From IMG/VR virus record IMGVR_UViG_3300045988_001753, positions 1 to 64,000 of that record: DNA of 64,000 bases. One strand, written 5' to 3'. Below, in pieces: positions 34,150-45,600 of the stretch. Origin of the DNA: a virus. Position 1 is the first letter of the stretch; each line of letters opens with the position of its first letter. A program made the translations under genes and the position numbers. The notes under the pieces were generated by a model. That model worked only from the letters and a program-made list of their open reading frames with translations. It was not told where the DNA came from and searched no databases.

Positions 34150-34389
34150 ATGGCTTTTGGTACGAAGAAATCAGTTGTAGCTGCACTTTCTTTCAGTGAA
34201 AGAATGGCAAGCATTAAGTCTATGTTTAAGACTGCACATGAGAATGCAAGTAATCTCCATGCAGAAATGGAGTCAGAGATTGCAAAGAAGGAATCTCAAA
34301 TTGCTGCATTGCAGGAAGACATCAAAACTATTGGTGTTACTAAGCAAGAGGCTGAAACATTTATGTCTAATATAGAAAAGCTTATTTGA
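34150..34389 (+). CDS. hypothetical coiled-coil protein (79 aa)
   Basis: A11 leader at 34137..34147. Heptad-like charged sequence. Confidence 0.45.
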   Translation: MAFGTKKSVVAALSFSERMASIKSMFKTAHENASNLHAEMESEIAKKESQIAALQEDIKTIGVTKQEAETFMSNIEKLI

Positions 34390-34390
34390 T

Positions 34391-35017
34391 ATGATTGAGC
34401 AAATAAATCAGTTAAAGCAAGGTTCCATTATTAGTGAGAGTTCTCACTATATTGTGAACAGAGTATCAGGCCCTAATGCTTGGCTTACTCATTTTGAGAG
34501 TGGTGAAGAGGTTCAGATTGGTATGAGCTATTTGAAGAACTATACTAATTCTGCTGACCTGTTTGAGACTACAGTAAAAGTAACTAAGGAAGATAAGAAG
34601 GATGGTACTCTTGGTATTAGAAGTATTTGGGAGAACATTCACTCTGGTCAAGTATTTACTGTATGCTTCAAGAAGCAGGATAAGCCTAAGAGTAAGAGGA
34701 AGTTACAGGAAGAGATTGATGCTATTGTAGAGCAGTTCTCAAATAGTATTGACACAGTTAAGAACAATAAGAAAGGTGTTGCAAATGCAGCAAAGAATCT
34801 TATTACTGAGCTGGTTAATAACCCTGTACTTCCTTATGAAGAAGGTGAAGATAGAGTTCTTAGAGGCTATAAGATTCAATTTGAATCAAGAGATGGCAGA
34901 TATGATTGTGTAGATATGGATATTACTAAGACTGATAAAGAGTCAGGTATTAGACCAGTCAATATCAACACTATCAAGTGGCTTATATTCAATGGTGTCA
35001 AGTACATTGTTGAGTAA
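34391..35017 (+). CDS. hypothetical protein (208 aa)
   Basis: ORF followed by a terminator. No motif recognised. Confidence 0.5.
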   Translation: MIEQINQLKQGSIISESSHYIVNRVSGPNAWLTHFESGEEVQIGMSYLKNYTNSADLFETTVKVTKEDKKDGTLGIRSIWENIHSGQVFTVCFKKQDKPKSKRKLQEEIDAIVEQFSNSIDTVKNNKKGVANAAKNLITELVNNPVLPYEEGEDRVLRGYKIQFESRDGRYDCVDMDITKTDKESGIRPVNINTIKWLIFNGVKYIVE

Positions 35018-35023
35018 TCTTAT

Positions 35024-35065
35024 AAGGAGGAGTAAGTTAATCACTTATTCCTCCTTAACTTTTTC
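35024..35065 (+). terminator. rho-independent terminator
   Basis: 14-bp stem AAGGAGGAGTAAGT (35024..35037) / ACTTATTCCTCCTT (35043..35056) with one G-U pair. A short T5 run follows at 35060..35064. Confidence 0.55.
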
Positions 35066-35098
35066 CCATAATACCTTGTGTATTACAATTAAATTCCT

Positions 35099-35106
35099 TA
35101 CCTTTG
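35099..35106 (+). promoter_or_regulatory. Bacteroidota-type -7 promoter box TACCTTTG (TAnnTTTG)
   Basis: TACCTTTGCA lies 22 nt upstream of the ATG at 35129, in one of the few non-coding gaps. Confidence 0.5.
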
Positions 35107-35128
35107 CACAAATAATACTTTTAATTAT

Positions 35129-38100
35129 ATGAGTTGTTTAATTATAACACCAGAAATTAGAGAATTAGCTAAGAAGTTTCCTAATGAAACAGAGCAATCA
35201 ATACTTAACTTGGTTGGACTGTGGCAGGAAAAGAATAATAAGTCTGTTGAGGATATTCCATTAGGTAGTGAACTCAATGATTTTATTAAGGAGCTGAGAA
35301 GTAGTGAGGCTACTGAACAGCTTGATGAGGCACTTAGCAGTTCTTTTAATACTCCAAGGATTACTTCTGTTGAGGAACAGCAAAAGGTGGACTTACTCTT
35401 TGACCCAAGAACAAGAAGAGATAGAGTGACACTTATTGCAAGATTCTTCAGTAATGAAGTTGATAATGCCTTGCAGGAAATGACTGATTCTTTGAAGAGA
35501 AGAATTGATGATGCCAGTGGTGTAGAGAAGGAAGAATTACAGGCTGAGCTTAATAGCTTGGATAGATTCTCTGCTATAAAGAAGTACACTCCTGCTGGTA
35601 TATTCAAGAGAGTAGCTAACATCTTCAATTCTTATATACAAGATACAGAAGAGGGCAGAATACAGCAAGAACTTAATGCAATCAATTCTATGAGAGGTGC
35701 AGATAAGTTCTCTGATGAGCAGAAATTAGAAGCTGCCAAGAAGAAAGCTGCTTATAAGAATCAGGAGTATAAGAAGATAGTTGATGACCCTTATGTCTAT
35801 AAGGCTCTTGCTGAGGAAGCAAGTACTTTACTTGTAATGACTGAGGGTATTAGGATAGACCCTAACTACATTGCACCTGCTGATGCAAACCTCAATGATG
35901 ATGACCCTGATGGTAACAGTGAGGTAGATAATGAAGCAGAGGATTGGAGACAAGAAGAGGCTTATAAGGATGGATGGATGACTAATTTCAGACAGGTAAG
36001 TTCACATGAGTCTCTGTCACAAGCTGTAAGAAAAGTAATCAGACAAGTACCTAAACTTGACTATAGAGGCAAGTATGAAAAGGATGATTTAGGTTTCACA
36101 AGATACCTTGATGCTGACTATGTTCATGCTACTTTCATTGACAAGTTAAGGAACATGATTAACTCTGATGATATGCTTCCTTTGATGCAGGATTTGCAAA
36201 GAATCAAGCCTTGGGTTAAGCAAGTAACCAAGTTACTTCAAGGTGATGAGACTTTGTTCTCTCAATTCTACCAAGACTTCAGGAAGGACTTTATGCCTTA
36301 CTGGATTCAAAAGAAGAAGATGATGCCTGATGGTACTTTCAAGATGGAAACTATTGCCATCAATAAGCCTGAAGGTGTGTATTACCTCCTTGATGCTTGG
36401 AGAGATAACTATGAGAATGGAGTACAGCTTGATGATGATAGTGTATATGAGAAGAATGGGGAAATAAACAAGGATAATGCAGCTAAAGGTTTACAATGGA
36501 CTGAGACATTGAACAATATGTTCCAGAACCTTGATACAGAATCCAGACTTCAACTCTTAGAGAGAGAAGATGTATGGAATACCATAATGAAGTTACTTCA
36601 TATGTTAGGTATTGATGCCAATCCTTCTGTATTGAAGACTGCATTAACTGATATAAAGACAGCTCCAGGTATCACATTTACTGACCCAATTATGCTTCTT
36701 TTACCACAATTGAATGTTATATTCAGTGGTATTAAGAAAGGTGAAGTCAAGTCTGAGACAAGGGAGGATGGTACTGAGAAGAGAGGAGACCTTATCAATA
36801 CTTTTGGCTCTGCTTACAATATGATTGCAAGCATGATGGCAGAAGTTACTGAGGATGCTATTGAAAGTAGTGTCAGAGAGAATGATAAGTCTTACTATTC
36901 TCATGTTACTCCTAACTACTTAGGTAAACTTATTAAAAATCTCAAGAATGTTATGAATGACAAGGAGAGATTTGAACAGTTTATGCAGACTGAGTTCAAG
37001 GATTATGAGTGGTTCTTTAAGGATGGTCATTGGAGAAATGACTGGCTAAGACAGCTTGCAGAGTCTGATGAATTGAGAAGAGGTCTTAACCATAAAGTAG
37101 TATTGAACTCTGATAAGGTAGATTATACTAATTGGGATGATTTGGATTATACTTTGGCTCTTCTTACAGAATATTGGGGAGACCCTGATTCTGCAAAGTC
37201 AAGTATAAAGTATGCTTGGTATCATGTTCCTATTCTCTCAGATAGCCCTTCTGCTGAGTTTATCAGATTCAGAAAGTACACAACAGGTGATGTACTTGAT
37301 GAAAATGGTAAGAAGAGAACCTATGATGATGTTATTCTTGATAAGTTGGTAGACTTGGTTAATCAAGAGTATGACAGAATTATGCTGGTTAGGGAAAGAG
37401 ATGAGGCTTATCAGAGTGGAGATAAGAGTGTAGAACCTATTGCCAACTATGATATTGTCAGAAAGAAAGATGGGAGTATAAAGAGTATGGGAGGTGCAGA
37501 ATTTAAGTTCCTTCCTGCACTTAACAACCTCAGATATGACAATGGAGAGGCATTCATTGATAGGCTAAGCAGACTTAAATCCAAGGGTACTGGTGCTGAA
37601 CTTAGGAACTTTCTAAGAACTACTCTTAATGACATGATGGAAGATGGTTTTGAACAGACCTATAGAGATTGGATGAGGGTAGGACTTTTGGATGAGCTTC
37701 CTAATGGCAAGTACAAGTATCTTCCTTTTGAGGGTCAGTCCAAGCAGAATGCAATAACTGCAAAGGCACTTATCAAGGCTAAAGATGCCTTAGGTTCATT
37801 GTGGAATACCAATATGGAACTGATGCTTAGAGCCTATAACAATAATAGTGCTTTTGATAGTAGGGAAGCCAATAACCTGATGGAGCAGATTAAGAATTTG
37901 CTGACAGATAAGGCAACAAGAGGTGAGATGGAATTGAAAGATGCTCAGTCAATCTCAAGAAGTCTGTTTGTTAAGAACAATGCTAAGGATGCACTTAGGG
38001 AATACTATTGGAACAGTAAGTTAGCTACTTCACAGATTATCCAGCTTACTACTACTGACCTTGCCTTCTATAAGAACCTTGAGGACTTTCAGAAGAGATA

Positions 38101-41100
38101 TAAGGAGGTTCATGCTCCTGCCCTTAGACTGAATACTAAGGCTACTTATAAAGGTGAGAGAATTGGTAGGGACTGGGAAAGAACCATCTACTTGAAGGAT
38201 GATGAGATAGTATCTTCTGTACTTGAAGACATCAAGACTGTACTTGATGAAAGGGTTAGAAGAAATGAAATGACCAAGATAGACAGAGATAATATCATCA
38301 GCAAGTTTAGAAATGTGAATGTAGCAGATGCTCAGGCATATAGAAGTTTGAGTTCCTATAGGGCAATACTTGGCATGTCAGGTCAGTGGACAGATGATAT
38401 GGAGCAGGCATATAACAACTTCAAGAATGGAGATTGGAATATTAAAGACTTCAATATCATTTGGCAGACTAAGAAGCCTTATGTTTATACACAAGTCAAT
38501 AATAACAGTGGCATTGAAGGTCATACTGGAATTAAGACTCCTGTACAGCATAAGAACTCAGAGTTCCTATTACTTGCTATGCACGAACTAATTGCTGGTC
38601 CTTTAGGAAGGTCAGGTAAGCTGAAAGCCATAAATAAGTTTATGGAGGATAATCAGATTGATGTAGTTCAGTTTGAATCTACTACTAAGGTTGGAAAACA
38701 AGGTGTAATAGATTTGAATGATGTTAATACAGAGGCTGATGTAATCCAAAGACTTAAAGATACCACAGGTATTGGATTTGGTAATGAGAATCCTAATGTA
38801 GTACATAAGGTATCTTATGAAGATTATGGTATTCAGACTGCAACTCCTGAACATGCTATTGATGCAGTTCAGTTAGTAGGTACTCAGATTAGAAAGTTAA
38901 TTACTGCTGACATCTCTGATGACACAATCATTGAGGTTAATGGTAAGAAGATGACTAAGAAAGAGTGGCTTGACCTGTATAATGCTATCAATACAGAGAA
39001 TATTCTTCAAGCATTTGCTGATGTAGATAAGATATTCAAAGACCCAAAGAAGGTAGAGGAAATCTTACTTGAAGAGATAAGAGGTAATCAAAGATATGGT
39101 ATGGATATGATGAGGGCTTGTACTCTTGATGAGAACAATAACTTCAATATACCTCTCTTTGACCCTGTGCAATCTCAAAGAGTACAGACACTTCTTAATA
39201 GTGTAATCAAGAGTAGAATCACTAAACAGAAGATTAGAGGAGGAGCTTTAATTCAGGTGTCTGATTATGGCTTAACTGACCAACTGAGTATTGTATTCAA
39301 AGATAAGAATGGCAATCCTTTGAATTACGAACTTTACAAAAAGAAGTATCCTAATGCTACAAGAGAAAGCTATGAAGAATTTGTCAAGAATGCCCAAAAG
39401 GAAGGTAAGTTGTCTATCATGTATCTTGAGTGCTATATGCCTGCATATAGTAGAGAGTTTTATGAGCCTCTCATGGACCCAAATACTCACCAGCTTGATG
39501 TAACTAAACTTCCTGAGGATTTGAGAAAGTTGATTGGATATAGAGTTCCAACAGAGGATAAGTACTCAATGGCTCCTCTGTATATTAAGGGATTCCTTCC
39601 TCAACAGAATGGTTCTGCAATCATGCTTCCTGCTGAGATTACTACTCTATCAGGTTCTGACTTTGATGTGGATAAGATGTATATCATGTTGCCAGAGTTT
39701 AGAATACTGGATAGGTATAGAATCAAGGATGCTTGGGATGACTTCTATACTGACCCAGCTAATGCTGACATTGTAGAAGAAATTGATAGGAACATAGGAA
39801 TTGCTTTTGAAGACTATCAAAGAAAACACCCTGAGGATGAGCTTGATATAGATGATTATATTGAGTTTGTTCAAGACCAAGGTGTCAGAAAGTACCAGTT
39901 CTCTGAAACTGCAAGGGACAGATTCAAGGAGTGGTTCAAGTCAAGAAAAAAGCAATACTCTCTGGGTAAGGGTAAGATTGTAAAGGTAAAGTATGACTTC
40001 AACAAGTCTCCACAGGAGAATAGTCTTGAGGCAAGAAATAACTTGCTGATAGATATGATGTATGGAGTCCTGACTAATGCAGATACAGCTTCAAAGATTC
40101 TTAACCCAGGTGGTTTTGACTATCAGAAGAAGTCTGCAAGAATAATGACTATTCTCAATGATTCTTATGAGAGTGATTTGGTTAAGGCTCTAAATGAAGG
40201 TGGTGTTAAGTTTAATAAGACTATTAAAAGGGCAGGAAAGGAAATAAAAGCCCCAATATCTTCCTACCTTTTTGACTTGCCATTAGAGTTATCTAATGAG
40301 GAGAGAGAGGAAAGGAAGAAGAAAGGGGAGCCTTTCATAAGTCTTACTGAATTAGCAGAGAAAACAAAGGTCAAAATGGACCCATTATCACCAAGAACTC
40401 AAGTAATGTTACATCAACAGAACATGACTGGTGCTAAGTTGATTGGTATTTATGCCAACCATAATGCAAACCATGCTTTGATGCAACATACTCAGTTGGC
40501 TTTGGATGAAGAAAATGGCTCATTTGTATTGAATGGAAAGAGACTTACATCTCTACATGATATTATGAATGGTGACAAGGAATTTATCTCAAAGAATAAT
40601 GCTGGATTCTTGGCTGCTTCTGTGGACAATGTTAAAGACCCTGTGCTTGCAGCACTTAATCAGAATACTTTCACTGCTGATGCTTCTATGCTTCTTTCAA
40701 GATTAGGTTATAATCCTATTGAGATAGGTCTGCTAATGATGCAGCCTATAGTTCAAGAGATTACTCAGACCTATTTTAGAGAGAGTAGAGAAGGTAAAGG
40801 TAAAGATACCATCATTGATGAAGTATTGGATAAGTATAAGGAGAAGGCTGCTCTTAATAATGACTTGACTTATGATAACTACAAGAATAATAGCTTCTAC
40901 ATTGAAGAGCTTGCAGATAACATAATGCTTGCTAAGGAAGCTGTTACTGACAGGTCTCAGACTTCTGATTTCAGAAAGATTGAGTTCTATCAGAAACAAG
41001 TTGCAGTTGGATATTTGTTCAAGAGAATTATGAACTCTGCTGATGCTTTGGGACAGTTAGTACAGGCTACAAGGTCTGATACCCAAGGAGGTGCTGCTGG

Positions 41101-42601
41101 TCCTACTATTGCAGATACAGAGTTAAAGATGCAGAAAGTGAAAGACCTGTTAGACCAAATAGAGAATAATGACAAGTTCCCATTGAAGAATGCCAATGTA
41201 ATACTTGATGGTCTGTTATCAGACAATCCTGACACTGACACTCTAAGAGAAAGACTATTGTCAGCTCCTCTCCCTTTCTTACAGGCTTTCTATACTCTTG
41301 GCTTGCAGAAGACAGAAGAAATGTTAGGGTCTTATTTCCCTCAATATACTGAATCATTCAGGACTGTAATTGATGACCTTAGAGACATGACTAAGACTGG
41401 TAAGTTGAATGTAAAGACTATGAATAGTATTTATAATGACTTGCTTGCCTATATCATGTCAAAGAATGGATTCTTTGGTTCTGAATTGATTGTAAACCCT
41501 GACTCAGAAGTAGGTGATATTATTGTAACTTCCTCTGATAAGAGAAAGGATTTCATCAATAACTTCCCTGAATACTTCAAGAGAGTGGTTACAGATAATG
41601 AGGATATAGCTGACCTTGAATTTATTAAGAGGCTCAAGGTAATTAGGGCAAATGACAGTAATCCTGTAGACACAGTAGTGTTTAAGAATGTGGGTCAGTT
41701 AAGTCCTACTTTGAGAGAAAGATATATGAGGGATTGGGCATCTCTATTATATATGAGTAACCCAGAAGCTCAGAAACTTGCTCTTAATCTATTCAGATAT
41801 AGCTATTATAGAAATGGCTTTGCATTTGGACCTTCAACCTTCATCCATTTGGCACCTGTGGCAGTGAGAAATGCTATCCCAGAGTACATAAGTACATTGA
41901 GAACTCTCTTGTCATCAAGTGATGATTATAGTCAATTTGTAGACCAATATGTCTATAACCACTTGGATAACAGAAAGTTGGTTCCTGAAATCCCTGATAC
42001 AGCCTCTGTCCAATTCATAGGAGAGGATAATGAAGTTAAGGATGAAGTTACATTTGTAATTGATGATAATGCTACCTTTGGAGATAAGAAAGTTATCAAG
42101 AAAAGGATAGATACTCCTGATGGTCCTGCTTATGACTTCTTTAGGTATATAGGTAAGAGAATTAGAGGAAACTATGTCTATTACAAACTGACTTCATTAG
42201 GTACTGAACAAACTAATGTTGCAACCTATGAAAGGATTGAACCATTAGGCTTCAGAAACAGCTTTATTGAATATGAATATGGTAAGGATGTGGAAGAGAT
42301 GGAAACTGTAATTGATAAGAACAGGAAAGATTATGACCCTTATGCAGATACATTGTCAAGATTTGACCTTGGAGATGCTGAGGTTGATTATGATTCTATG
42401 CCTGACTATCAAGATATGCCTCAAGAGTATTGGGATTCTATTCCACAAGTAGATACTGATGCTTTCCAACAGGTATATGGTACTCCTCTTGATACTTCTG
42501 CTCCAAAGGCTGATGATGTAACAGCTATTCAACCTAATACAGAGTATAAGGATGAGAATGGTGATAGTATTTGTGGTGCTCCAACATTATATAGTTTATA
42601 A
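35129..42601 (+). CDS. giant virion-packaged RNA polymerase (crAss-like vRNAP, two-barrel/QDE-1-like)
   Basis: Uninterrupted 2490-aa ORF. Metal-binding DxDxD motif LSGSDFDVDKMY (39659..39673). The size and context match crAss-like phage vRNAP genes. Confidence 0.7.
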   Translation: MSCLIITPEIRELAKKFPNETEQSILNLVGLWQEKNNKSVEDIPLGSELNDFIKELRSSEATEQLDEALSSSFNTPRITSVEEQQKVDLLFDPRTRRDRVTLIARFFSNEVDNALQEMTDSLKRRIDDASGVEKEELQAELNSLDRFSAIKKYTPAGIFKRVANIFNSYIQDTEEGRIQQELNAINSMRGADKFSDEQKLEAAKKKAAYKNQEYKKIVDDPYVYKALAEEASTLLVMTEGIRIDPNYIAPADANLNDDDPDGNSEVDNEAEDWRQEEAYKDGWMTNFRQVSSHESLSQAVRKVIRQVPKLDYRGKYEKDDLGFTRYLDADYVHATFIDKLRNMINSDDMLPLMQDLQRIKPWVKQVTKLLQGDETLFSQFYQDFRKDFMPYWIQKKKMMPDGTFKMETIAINKPEGVYYLLDAWRDNYENGVQLDDDSVYEKNGEINKDNAAKGLQWTETLNNMFQNLDTESRLQLLEREDVWNTIMKLLHMLGIDANPSVLKTALTDIKTAPGITFTDPIMLLLPQLNVIFSGIKKGEVKSETREDGTEKRGDLINTFGSAYNMIASMMAEVTEDAIESSVRENDKSYYSHVTPNYLGKLIKNLKNVMNDKERFEQFMQTEFKDYEWFFKDGHWRNDWLRQLAESDELRRGLNHKVVLNSDKVDYTNWDDLDYTLALLTEYWGDPDSAKSSIKYAWYHVPILSDSPSAEFIRFRKYTTGDVLDENGKKRTYDDVILDKLVDLVNQEYDRIMLVRERDEAYQSGDKSVEPIANYDIVRKKDGSIKSMGGAEFKFLPALNNLRYDNGEAFIDRLSRLKSKGTGAELRNFLRTTLNDMMEDGFEQTYRDWMRVGLLDELPNGKYKYLPFEGQSKQNAITAKALIKAKDALGSLWNTNMELMLRAYNNNSAFDSREANNLMEQIKNLLTDKATRGEMELKDAQSISRSLFVKNNAKDALREYYWNSKLATSQIIQLTTTDLAFYKNLEDFQKRYKEVHAPALRLNTKATYKGERIGRDWERTIYLKDDEIVSSVLEDIKTVLDERVRRNEMTKIDRDNIISKFRNVNVADAQAYRSLSSYRAILGMSGQWTDDMEQAYNNFKNGDWNIKDFNIIWQTKKPYVYTQVNNNSGIEGHTGIKTPVQHKNSEFLLLAMHELIAGPLGRSGKLKAINKFMEDNQIDVVQFESTTKVGKQGVIDLNDVNTEADVIQRLKDTTGIGFGNENPNVVHKVSYEDYGIQTATPEHAIDAVQLVGTQIRKLITADISDDTIIEVNGKKMTKKEWLDLYNAINTENILQAFADVDKIFKDPKKVEEILLEEIRGNQRYGMDMMRACTLDENNNFNIPLFDPVQSQRVQTLLNSVIKSRITKQKIRGGALIQVSDYGLTDQLSIVFKDKNGNPLNYELYKKKYPNATRESYEEFVKNAQKEGKLSIMYLECYMPAYSREFYEPLMDPNTHQLDVTKLPEDLRKLIGYRVPTEDKYSMAPLYIKGFLPQQNGSAIMLPAEITTLSGSDFDVDKMYIMLPEFRILDRYRIKDAWDDFYTDPANADIVEEIDRNIGIAFEDYQRKHPEDELDIDDYIEFVQDQGVRKYQFSETARDRFKEWFKSRKKQYSLGKGKIVKVKYDFNKSPQENSLEARNNLLIDMMYGVLTNADTASKILNPGGFDYQKKSARIMTILNDSYESDLVKALNEGGVKFNKTIKRAGKEIKAPISSYLFDLPLELSNEEREERKKKGEPFISLTELAEKTKVKMDPLSPRTQVMLHQQNMTGAKLIGIYANHNANHALMQHTQLALDEENGSFVLNGKRLTSLHDIMNGDKEFISKNNAGFLAASVDNVKDPVLAALNQNTFTADASMLLSRLGYNPIEIGLLMMQPIVQEITQTYFRESREGKGKDTIIDEVLDKYKEKAALNNDLTYDNYKNNSFYIEELADNIMLAKEAVTDRSQTSDFRKIEFYQKQVAVGYLFKRIMNSADALGQLVQATRSDTQGGAAGPTIADTELKMQKVKDLLDQIENNDKFPLKNANVILDGLLSDNPDTDTLRERLLSAPLPFLQAFYTLGLQKTEEMLGSYFPQYTESFRTVIDDLRDMTKTGKLNVKTMNSIYNDLLAYIMSKNGFFGSELIVNPDSEVGDIIVTSSDKRKDFINNFPEYFKRVVTDNEDIADLEFIKRLKVIRANDSNPVDTVVFKNVGQLSPTLRERYMRDWASLLYMSNPEAQKLALNLFRYSYYRNGFAFGPSTFIHLAPVAVRNAIPEYISTLRTLLSSSDDYSQFVDQYVYNHLDNRKLVPEIPDTASVQFIGEDNEVKDEVTFVIDDNATFGDKKVIKKRIDTPDGPAYDFFRYIGKRIRGNYVYYKLTSLGTEQTNVATYERIEPLGFRNSFIEYEYGKDVEEMETVIDKNRKDYDPYADTLSRFDLGDAEVDYDSMPDYQDMPQEYWDSIPQVDTDAFQQVYGTPLDTSAPKADDVTAIQPNTEYKDENGDSICGAPTLYSL

Positions 42602-42604
42602 GAT

Positions 42605-45600
42605 ATGGCAAGAAGTTGTGCAATTATTCCAAAGGTAAAGAATAGAAATGGTCAAGTAGTGGACAGCAAGTTATTTAAGGACTTGCTGTCCTTCACTTCA
42701 AACAATAGAAGTGAGGCTACAAGACTATATCTTATCACAAAAGCTGACTCTTTTATAAGAGATTGGAATCCAAGGCTAACATTAGATGAAAACAATGAAC
42801 CTACATTGAGAAGTTTGCTAAAGCAGACTAATCTCAGTAAAGTCATTCCAGAAACTAAAGTACTTGAGAGACTTAATAGGGAGATTGGGTACTATAAGAA
42901 AGGAATGGACAGACCAGCCCTATGGGTAAACAATGATGAGAATTATCAAAAGTTGAAACAAAGGGCTATAGCCTTTAATCAGAACTCAGAGTATAGGGAT
43001 GATTATGTGGCTAATATAGTTAAGATTCAAGACAGTGAATCTCCAAGAGTATTCATTGGAGTAAAGGTTGAGAAAAGAAACAGGTTTAACTCTATTAATG
43101 CAGATAAGATGGAATACAATGAAAACCTTAATAACAGGTTGAGGGGTATTCTTGAGTCTCATGGAATAGGGATAGGTGCTTTGACTGACCTTGAAAAGAG
43201 AATGGGTGTTCATGGTGTGACTGATTTTGATGTTGCAAGAAATGCAGCAAATGGTCTTGTTGAAATGATTAGGCTTGCTGATGGTATTCAAGGTGAAAGA
43301 GCACTTCCTGAGGAATTTGCACACTTTGCCATTGAAGCTATGGGAGATAATCCACTTATCACAAGACTTATCAATAATATATCTTCCAATGGACTGGCAA
43401 GAGAAATTATAGGTGAGGACTATGATACCTATGATACTCTATATCATAGTGATGAGATTAAGTTGGCAAAAGAAGCTGCGGGTAAATTACTTGCAAAGCA
43501 TCTTCTTCAAGGTGAGAATATCCCATCTGCTCCTTATAAGAATCTACTGCAAAGAGTAATCCAAGCAGTTAAGAATTTCTTTAAGAATATTAGTGCAAGT
43601 CCTATACAAAGAGCCATGAAGGAGGCTGACAAGAACTTTGGTTCTTTAGCGCAGCAAATACTTAATGGCAGCATGGATGAGGCTATTGATGTTAGCAATA
43701 TAGCTTCAAATGGGGTATTTTACAGTACCTCAGAGAGAGTGGCAAGAGATAAGAAGTTACTTCAAGGAATCATTGAGAATGAGTTGAAGAGATTGAAGAT
43801 TTATGAAAAGAGAAATCCTAATAGCCAGTTTAGTGCTAATCAAAGGTTACTAATTGATAGATTGGATATTGAATTAGCTGATAACAATGAGATTGAAGGT
43901 ATTTATACTTTTGTTGAGAATGCTCTTGAAGAATTAACCAAGGTAAGTGACAGGCTTACTATGCTACAAAATACTCCTGCTACTAATGTTAATGAGAGAG
44001 CCAGAGTACTAAGAGATGTCAGAAACTACTTGTATAGTTACAAGCATATTACTGATGATATTAGGAAGGCTCTTATTGATGAAGAGAAGTATGCAGACAA
44101 TAGATATGGTCAGAGAGTAAGGGTAGTATTGGACAATACAACTACATTACTTGGAGACTTGTTTGTTAGATACAACAATGTGGCAATGCCTCTCTTTGTT
44201 GATTTCATTAAACCTTTTGTAGGAGAGAGTATAACTGTTCCTTTTGGCAAGTTCAAAGGCAAGACTATGACTGCTGAAGACTTGGTTAAGATAGCTGACA
44301 AGGACATATCTTTCTTTGACAGATGGCTTGACTCTATGGCAGACTCTTCAGATTATATGCTGAAAGTTATGGACCAAGCTGTCAAGAAGAGTAAAGAAAA
44401 TGCAAGGTTGGAGACTATCAATGTTATGAAGGAGCTTCAAGCTGCTACCATTAAGTTAGAGCAAGCTGGAGTTAAGAGCACTGATTGGATGTTTGAAAGA
44501 GACAGTAAAGGCAATCTTACAGGTAATTATATCTCTGAGATTAATCAAGGTCTATTCAAAGAGAAAGTCAGGGAAATGTTCAAGTCTCTTAATGAGAAGT
44601 ATGGTAAGAATCCTGTAGGAGATAATGCAGAGAAGTACAGAAAGGAGAGACAAGCTTGGTTTGATGCTAATATGGAGGTAGTCAATGGAAAGAAGCAACC
44701 TAAAGTATCAATCTATGGCAATAAGGCTTATCAGAACTTGAATCCTGCCCAGAAAGAATACTACAACAAGATTATGGAGATAAAAGCCAAGCTGGATTCA
44801 TACCTTCCTGACAAGTACACTACCTTAACTAATGCAGTTAAAATCAGAAAGAACCTACTTGAAAGAGTAAAGGCATCTGATGGTGTAAAGTCAGGTAGTA
44901 CACAAGTATGGGAAGCTGTTAAAGACCAATTCATTAGAAGAACAGATGACACTGAGTTTGGAGATAGGGCTACAGTAAAGGACTTTGAAGGTAAAGAGGT
45001 GCAAGTACTTCCTATCTACTATACTAAGATGAAAGAGGGTGAAAGCCCTAATGACCTATCTACTGATATAGTATCTACTCTCACAGCTTATGCAGCTATG
45101 GCTAATGACTTCAATGAAATGAATAAAGTAATTGATGTTCTTGAGCTTGGTAGGGATATGCTAAAGGAGAGGGAGATTATACAGACAAGAGGTGGTAAAC
45201 CACTGGTTGAGAAGTTTAAGTCTGTAGGTAGGAGAGTAGAATCTACTCTCACTAAGTCTGGTGATGAAACAAGATTTATGCAGAGACTAAATGACTTCTT
45301 TGAGATGCAGGTCTATGGTAGATACATGGCTGATGAAGGCACATTTGGTAATACTAAAATTGATAAAGGAAAGGTGGCTAACTTTGTTAATAGGATGACT
45401 TCTCTTAATACATTAGCTGTCAATGTACTATCAGGTATTTCCAATGTGGCTACTGGTGGAGTTATGATGAGGATTGAATCTTTCTCTGGAGAGTTCTTTA
45501 ATGAATCTAATACTCTAAGAGCTGACAGGAACTATGGTCAAGCCCTACCTGAATTTCTTGCAGAGATTGGTAATAGAGTCAAGACAAGTAAACTTGCTTT

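Noticed and set aside
35125-35628. 167-aa minus-strand ORF over the 5' end of the vRNAP gene
   Set aside because: It is Ser/Leu-rich and lies fully inside a 7.5-kb uninterrupted sense ORF. It would also have to read into the promoter and terminator region. It is a shadow ORF.
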